DNA of 20,847 bases from an uncultured bacterium (GTDB lineage: Bacteria; Lernaellota; Lernaellaia; Lernaellales; Lernaellaceae), in NCBI GenBank assembly GCA_964534375.1, contig CAZHPN010000100.1, forward strand, positions 1 to 20,847, given 5' to 3'. Below the pieces are notes generated by a model. It was not told where the DNA came from. It saw only the letters and a program-made list of their open reading frames with translations, and did not search any database. This document shows positions 17,147 through 20,847 of this stretch, piece after piece (within the stretch, counting starts at the first letter, position 1; every line of letters begins with the position of its first letter). A program made the translations under genes and the position numbers.

Positions 17147-17167
17147 ATTAACATCGGGGGCGCTCTC

Positions 17168-17347
17168 ATGACCATTTCCAAAGAACTGCTCGAAATTTTG
17201 CGCTGCCCGGTTTCGAAGCAGCCGCTGCGCCTCTCCGCCGACGGCGCGTGGCTGATCTGCGACGCCTCGCGCCTGCGCTATCCGATCATCGACGACATTC
17301 CGCGCCTCGTCGCCGAGGCCGCCGAAAAAATCGAGGAGCCATCATGA
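17168..17347 (+). CDS. Trm112-like protein (YcaR/UPF0434)
   Basis: 59 aa MTISKELLEILRCPVSKQPL...LIC...YPIIDDIPRL. Confidence 0.9.
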   Translation: MTISKELLEILRCPVSKQPLRLSADGAWLICDASRLRYPIIDDIPRLVAEAAEKIEEPS

Positions 17348-18180
17348 ACGACGTGACAATCGGCGATGTGGTCATCGGTCACGGCCGGCCGTTGGCGCTG
17401 ATCGCCGGGCCGTGCCTGCTCGAAGACCTCGACGATGCGCTGTTCATCGGCGAAACGCTCAAACGCGAAACCGCCAAACGCGGCCTGTCGTACATCTTCA
17501 AAGCGTCGTACGAGAAGGACAACCGCGGCAAGCCGACCGGCTTTCCCGGCCACGGGCTCGACAAGGGCCTGGCGCTGCTGACGAAGATCCGCGAGAAACT
17601 CGGCGTGCCGATTCTTTCCGATGTCCACCGCGAAACGGACGTCGACGCCGCGGCCCAGGCGCTCGACATTTTGCAAATTCCGGCGTTCCTTTGCCAGCAG
17701 ACGAGCCTGGTCATGAAAATCGGCCAGGCCGGCAAGCCCGTGAACGTGAAAAAGGGGCAATTCCTCGCGCCGGAGGATATGGCGAGCGCCGTCGAAAAGC
17801 TGCGCTACGTCGGCAACAACCAGATCCTGCTCACCGACCGCGGCGTCAGTTTCGGCTACCACCGGCTCGTGTTCGACCCGCGCAGCGTGCCCATCATGCA
17901 AGCGCTGGGCTGCCCGGTCGTCGTCGATCCGACGCACATCGTGCGCATCTACGGCATTTCCAGCAGCGATCCGCAGGGCGGCGAGCCGGAATTTGCCGCG
18001 ACCCTGGCGCGCGCCGGCGTCGCCGCGGGCTGCAACGCGCTGTTCATCGAAACGCACCCGACGCCGTTCAGCGCCGCCTGCGACGCGGCGAGCATGGTTT
18101 GCCTCGGCACCGAGCTGCCGGAACTGCTCGATCAAGTGACCCCGATCGCTCGTGCGATGCGCGAAAAAAATCTAGCCTGA
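17344..18180 (+). CDS. kdsA: 3-deoxy-8-phosphooctulonate synthase-like (metal-dependent type, atypical motif)
   Basis: LIAGPC, IFKASYEKDNR, LQIPAFLCQQT, VNVKKGQFLAP, RGVSFGY, DPTH, LFIETHP; GAGGAG SD. Confidence 0.88.
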   Translation: MNDVTIGDVVIGHGRPLALIAGPCLLEDLDDALFIGETLKRETAKRGLSYIFKASYEKDNRGKPTGFPGHGLDKGLALLTKIREKLGVPILSDVHRETDVDAAAQALDILQIPAFLCQQTSLVMKIGQAGKPVNVKKGQFLAPEDMASAVEKLRYVGNNQILLTDRGVSFGYHRLVFDPRSVPIMQALGCPVVVDPTHIVRIYGISSSDPQGGEPEFAATLARAGVAAGCNALFIETHPTPFSAACDAASMVCLGTELPELLDQVTPIARAMREKNLA

Positions 18181-18193
18181 CAAGGAGCGCCGC

Positions 18194-18832
18194 GTGAAAA
18201 TTTTCATCGATTCCGCCGACGTGAACGAAATCAAACAGGCCGTCGAGATGAACCTCTGCGACGGCGTGACGACCAACCCGACGCTGATCGCCAAAACCGG
18301 CAAGAAAAACGCCGACGTGATCGCCGCGATCTGCAAGGTCACGAGCATGCCGGTGAACGCCGAGACGGTCGGCATTTCCTACGACGAGATCGTCCGCGAA
18401 GGCGCGGAATTGGCGAAGATCGCGCCGAACGTCGTCGTGAAAATTCCGATGTGCAAAGACGGCCTGCGCGCCGTGCATTATTTCGCCGAGCGCAGCATTG
18501 CCTCGACCGTCACGCTGATTTTCAACGCGCCGCAGGCGCTGCTCGCCGCGAAAGCCGGCGCGTCGTTCATCGCGCCGTTCGTCGGGCGGCTCGACGACCA
18601 GAGCGAGACGGGCATGGACATGATCGCGGACATCGTCGACATCTACGACACGTACGATTTCGAAACCGAAATCGTCGTCGCCTCGGTGCGCAGCCCGCTG
18701 CACGTGAAGGACGCGGCGCTCGCCGGCGCGCACGCGGTCACCGTGCCGTATGCCCTGCTCGACAAGCTGATCGCGCACCCGCTGACCGACCTGGGCATCG
18801 CCAAATTCCTGGCCGACGCCGGCCGCAAATGA
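18194..18832 (+). CDS. Transaldolase / fructose-6-phosphate aldolase family (TalC/MipB type)
   Basis: MKIFIDSA, GVTTNPT, VVKIP (Schiff-base Lys), PFVGRLDD, ASVR, HPLTD; AAGGAG SD. Confidence 0.92.
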   Translation: MKIFIDSADVNEIKQAVEMNLCDGVTTNPTLIAKTGKKNADVIAAICKVTSMPVNAETVGISYDEIVREGAELAKIAPNVVVKIPMCKDGLRAVHYFAERSIASTVTLIFNAPQALLAAKAGASFIAPFVGRLDDQSETGMDMIADIVDIYDTYDFETEIVVASVRSPLHVKDAALAGAHAVTVPYALLDKLIAHPLTDLGIAKFLADAGRK

Positions 18833-19611
18833 CCGCGATGCGCCTCTCCGTCACGGTCATCACCAAAGACGAAGAGCGCAATCTCGCCCGCTGCCTGGAA
18901 AGCGTGCCGTTCGCCGACGAGATCGTCGTTGTCGATTGCGGCAGCGCCGACCGCACGGTGGAAATCGCCCGCCGCTTCACCAGCCGCGTCATCCACCACG
19001 ATTGGGAAGGGCACGTGCGGCAGAAGCAGTTCGCCGTCGACGCGGCGGCGAACGACTGGATTCTCAGCCTCGACGCCGACGAGGTCGTCAGCGAACCATT
19101 GCGCCGGCTGCTCGAAGATCTCAAGACCGGCCGGCCCGATTGCGACGCGTACCAGGTGCGCCGGCGCGTGTTCTATCTGGGACGCTGGATCGATCACAGC
19201 GGCTGGTATCCGGATAAGCGCATCCGCCTGTTCGACCGCCGTCGGGCGCGGTGGGGCGGGGTCGATCCGCACGACGAGGTGGTCTGCGAGGGGCGGGTCG
19301 GCGCGCTCGACGGCGATTTGCTGCACTACAGCTACCGCGACCTGGCGCACCATCTGAAACAGATCGACAGCTACACGACGATCATGGCGCGCGAATATTG
19401 GTCGGCCGGCCGGCGCGCGCGGCTGATCGATCTCGCCTTGCGTCCGCCGTTCGCGTTTTTCAAGTCGTTCGTGCTGCAGGCCGGTTTTCTCGACGGCTGG
19501 CGCGGGCTCGTCATCGCCTCGCTCGCCGGGCATTACGTGCTCGCCAAATACGCGAAGCTGCGCGAACTGGCGCTGCCCGCGGCGGATGGCGATGAGCGGA
19601 ATCAGATGTGA
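18829..19611 (+). CDS. GT2 glycosyltransferase (WaaE/KdtX/LgtF-like LPS core enzyme)
   Basis: LSVTVITKDEE, EIVVVDCGSAD, WILSLDADE, GWYPD..RLF, LLHYSY, GFLDGWRG; ATGA overlap with the upstream stop (alternative start 18838). Confidence 0.92.
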   Translation: MTAMRLSVTVITKDEERNLARCLESVPFADEIVVVDCGSADRTVEIARRFTSRVIHHDWEGHVRQKQFAVDAAANDWILSLDADEVVSEPLRRLLEDLKTGRPDCDAYQVRRRVFYLGRWIDHSGWYPDKRIRLFDRRRARWGGVDPHDEVVCEGRVGALDGDLLHYSYRDLAHHLKQIDSYTTIMAREYWSAGRRARLIDLALRPPFAFFKSFVLQAGFLDGWRGLVIASLAGHYVLAKYAKLRELALPAADGDERNQM

Positions 19612-19622
19612 GGTTAAGGCTG

Positions 19623-19705
19623 AACACAGAGGGCGCAGAGAGAAGAACACAGCGGGCCGCGCTTCGCGCTGTGTTCTCTGTGCCTCCCTCCGTGCCCTCT
19701 GTGTT
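19623..19705. repeat. Palindromic intergenic element, CACAGAG family, copy C (more diverged)
   Basis: AACACAGAGGGC...AGAACACAGCG (19623-19654) pairs with CGCTGTGTTCT...GCCCTCTGTGTT (19667-19705); the right arm carries one extra unit. Confidence 0.85.
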
Positions 19706-19741
19706 TGAAGTTTCCACTCTTCGGGCCGCAGGCGCGACGTC

Positions 19742-20797
19742 ATGAATCGAATACTTGTCGCGCAGACGGCCTATCTGGGCGATGTCGTCCTCGCGCAGCC
19801 GTTATGGGCGGCGGTGAAGCGTCGCTGGCCCGAAGCCGAGGTCGACGTCCTCATGCAGCCGCAGTGGTCGCCCCTGTTCGGCGCAGACCCGGCGATTCAT
19901 GAAGTCTTGGTTTTCGACAAGCGCGGCCGCGACCGCGGCGTCGCCGGTCTGCGACGGCTGGCCCGCCAACTGCGCGACCGCGAATACGACGCGGCGATTT
20001 GCCCGCACCCGAGCTTCCGCAGCGGACTGCTGCTGCGATTGGCGGGGATACCGCGGCGCGTCGGTTTCGCCGATTCGGCCGGCCGGGTTTTCCACACGCA
20101 AACGGTCGCGCGCGACCGGACGCGACACGAAGTCGATCGCGCGCTGTCGCTGCTCGCCGCGTTTGAAATCGCGCCTGGAAAGGCGCTCTTACAGAAGGAT
20201 GGCGACGCGCCCGGGCGTGAGCCGCGGCTGTTTCTCGATGAGGCGCTCGTCGCGTCGGCGACGCTACGGCTGGCGGATTGGGGCCTGCCGGCGGACCGGC
20301 CGTTTGTTTGCGCGCACCCGGGATCGGTGTGGGCGACGAAACGCTGGCTGCCCGAAGGCTTTGCCGAGGCGCTCTCCGATTTGGCCGACCGGGGTTTCGC
20401 GCCGGTTATCCTCGGCGGGGCGGCGGATGTCGAAATCGCGAACCTCGTGCAGGACCGCTGCCGCACGTTGCCGATCAACCTCGCCGGCCGGCTGTCGTTG
20501 CCGGAACTGGCGCTCGTGCTGTCGCGCGCGGCAGTTTTGCTGACGAACGACTCCGGCCCGATGCACATCGCCGGCGCGCTCGGCGCGCCGGTCGTCGCGA
20601 TCTTCGGCAGCACGACGCCGGCGCTCGGCTACGGCCCGGTCGGCTCGCCCTCGCGCGTCGTCGAAATCGAGCTTCAGTGCCGCCCGTGCGGGCCGCACGG
20701 CTGGAACAAATGCCCGCTCGGGCATTTTCATTGCATGACCGCCCTGCACGCCGCTGACGTCGTCGCTGCCGCGCGCGGGTTGCTTCATCTTTGTTAA
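19742..20797 (+). CDS. waaF: LPS heptosyltransferase II-like (GT9)
   Basis: AYLGDVVL, SFRS, RRVGF, PGSVWATKRW, NLAGR, TNDSGPMHIA, FGST, CRPC...C..GHFHCM. Confidence 0.85.
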   Translation: MNRILVAQTAYLGDVVLAQPLWAAVKRRWPEAEVDVLMQPQWSPLFGADPAIHEVLVFDKRGRDRGVAGLRRLARQLRDREYDAAICPHPSFRSGLLLRLAGIPRRVGFADSAGRVFHTQTVARDRTRHEVDRALSLLAAFEIAPGKALLQKDGDAPGREPRLFLDEALVASATLRLADWGLPADRPFVCAHPGSVWATKRWLPEGFAEALSDLADRGFAPVILGGAADVEIANLVQDRCRTLPINLAGRLSLPELALVLSRAAVLLTNDSGPMHIAGALGAPVVAIFGSTTPALGYGPVGSPSRVVEIELQCRPCGPHGWNKCPLGHFHCMTALHAADVVAAARGLLHLC

Positions 20798-20847
20798 CAA
20801 TCGCGACAAACGCGGGACACACGGCCGTCCTATTTTTCATCCCGTAA

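Noticed and set aside
752..19705. CACAGAG and heptamer repeats as CRISPR arrays
   Set aside because: Units are 7-9 bp, abutting and inverted, with no unique spacers and no cas genes.

Overview
GC-rich Gram-negative bacterial chromosomal window with three blocks. (1) 1-3100, minus strand: operon of class II aldolase, class III aminotransferase, SCP2-domain protein and FGGY kinase (cut by the window edge), behind a TTGACA promoter and a perfect palindromic operator. (2) 3242-10919: mixed genes (HAD-IB hydrolase, MBL-fold hydrolase, polX-nth repair pair, small secreted protein, DAGK-family kinase, secreted papain-like protease with an Asp-rich/GCG tail). (3) 10936-20797, plus strand: LPS inner-core operon (lpxK, gmhB, rfaE1, rfaE2, epimerase, Trm112-like, kdsA-like, transaldolase-like, GT2, waaF-like) interrupted by an ABC-type ATPase + TOPRIM-like (DUF4276-like) pair. 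The least explained signals are at least six intergenic hairpin elements whose arms are built from 7- to 9-bp tandem units (three from one CACAGAG family), a possible amino-polyol/sphingoid-base catabolic route, and active-site substitutions in the adjacent KdsA and transaldolase. All calls come from reading motifs by eye; no searches were run.
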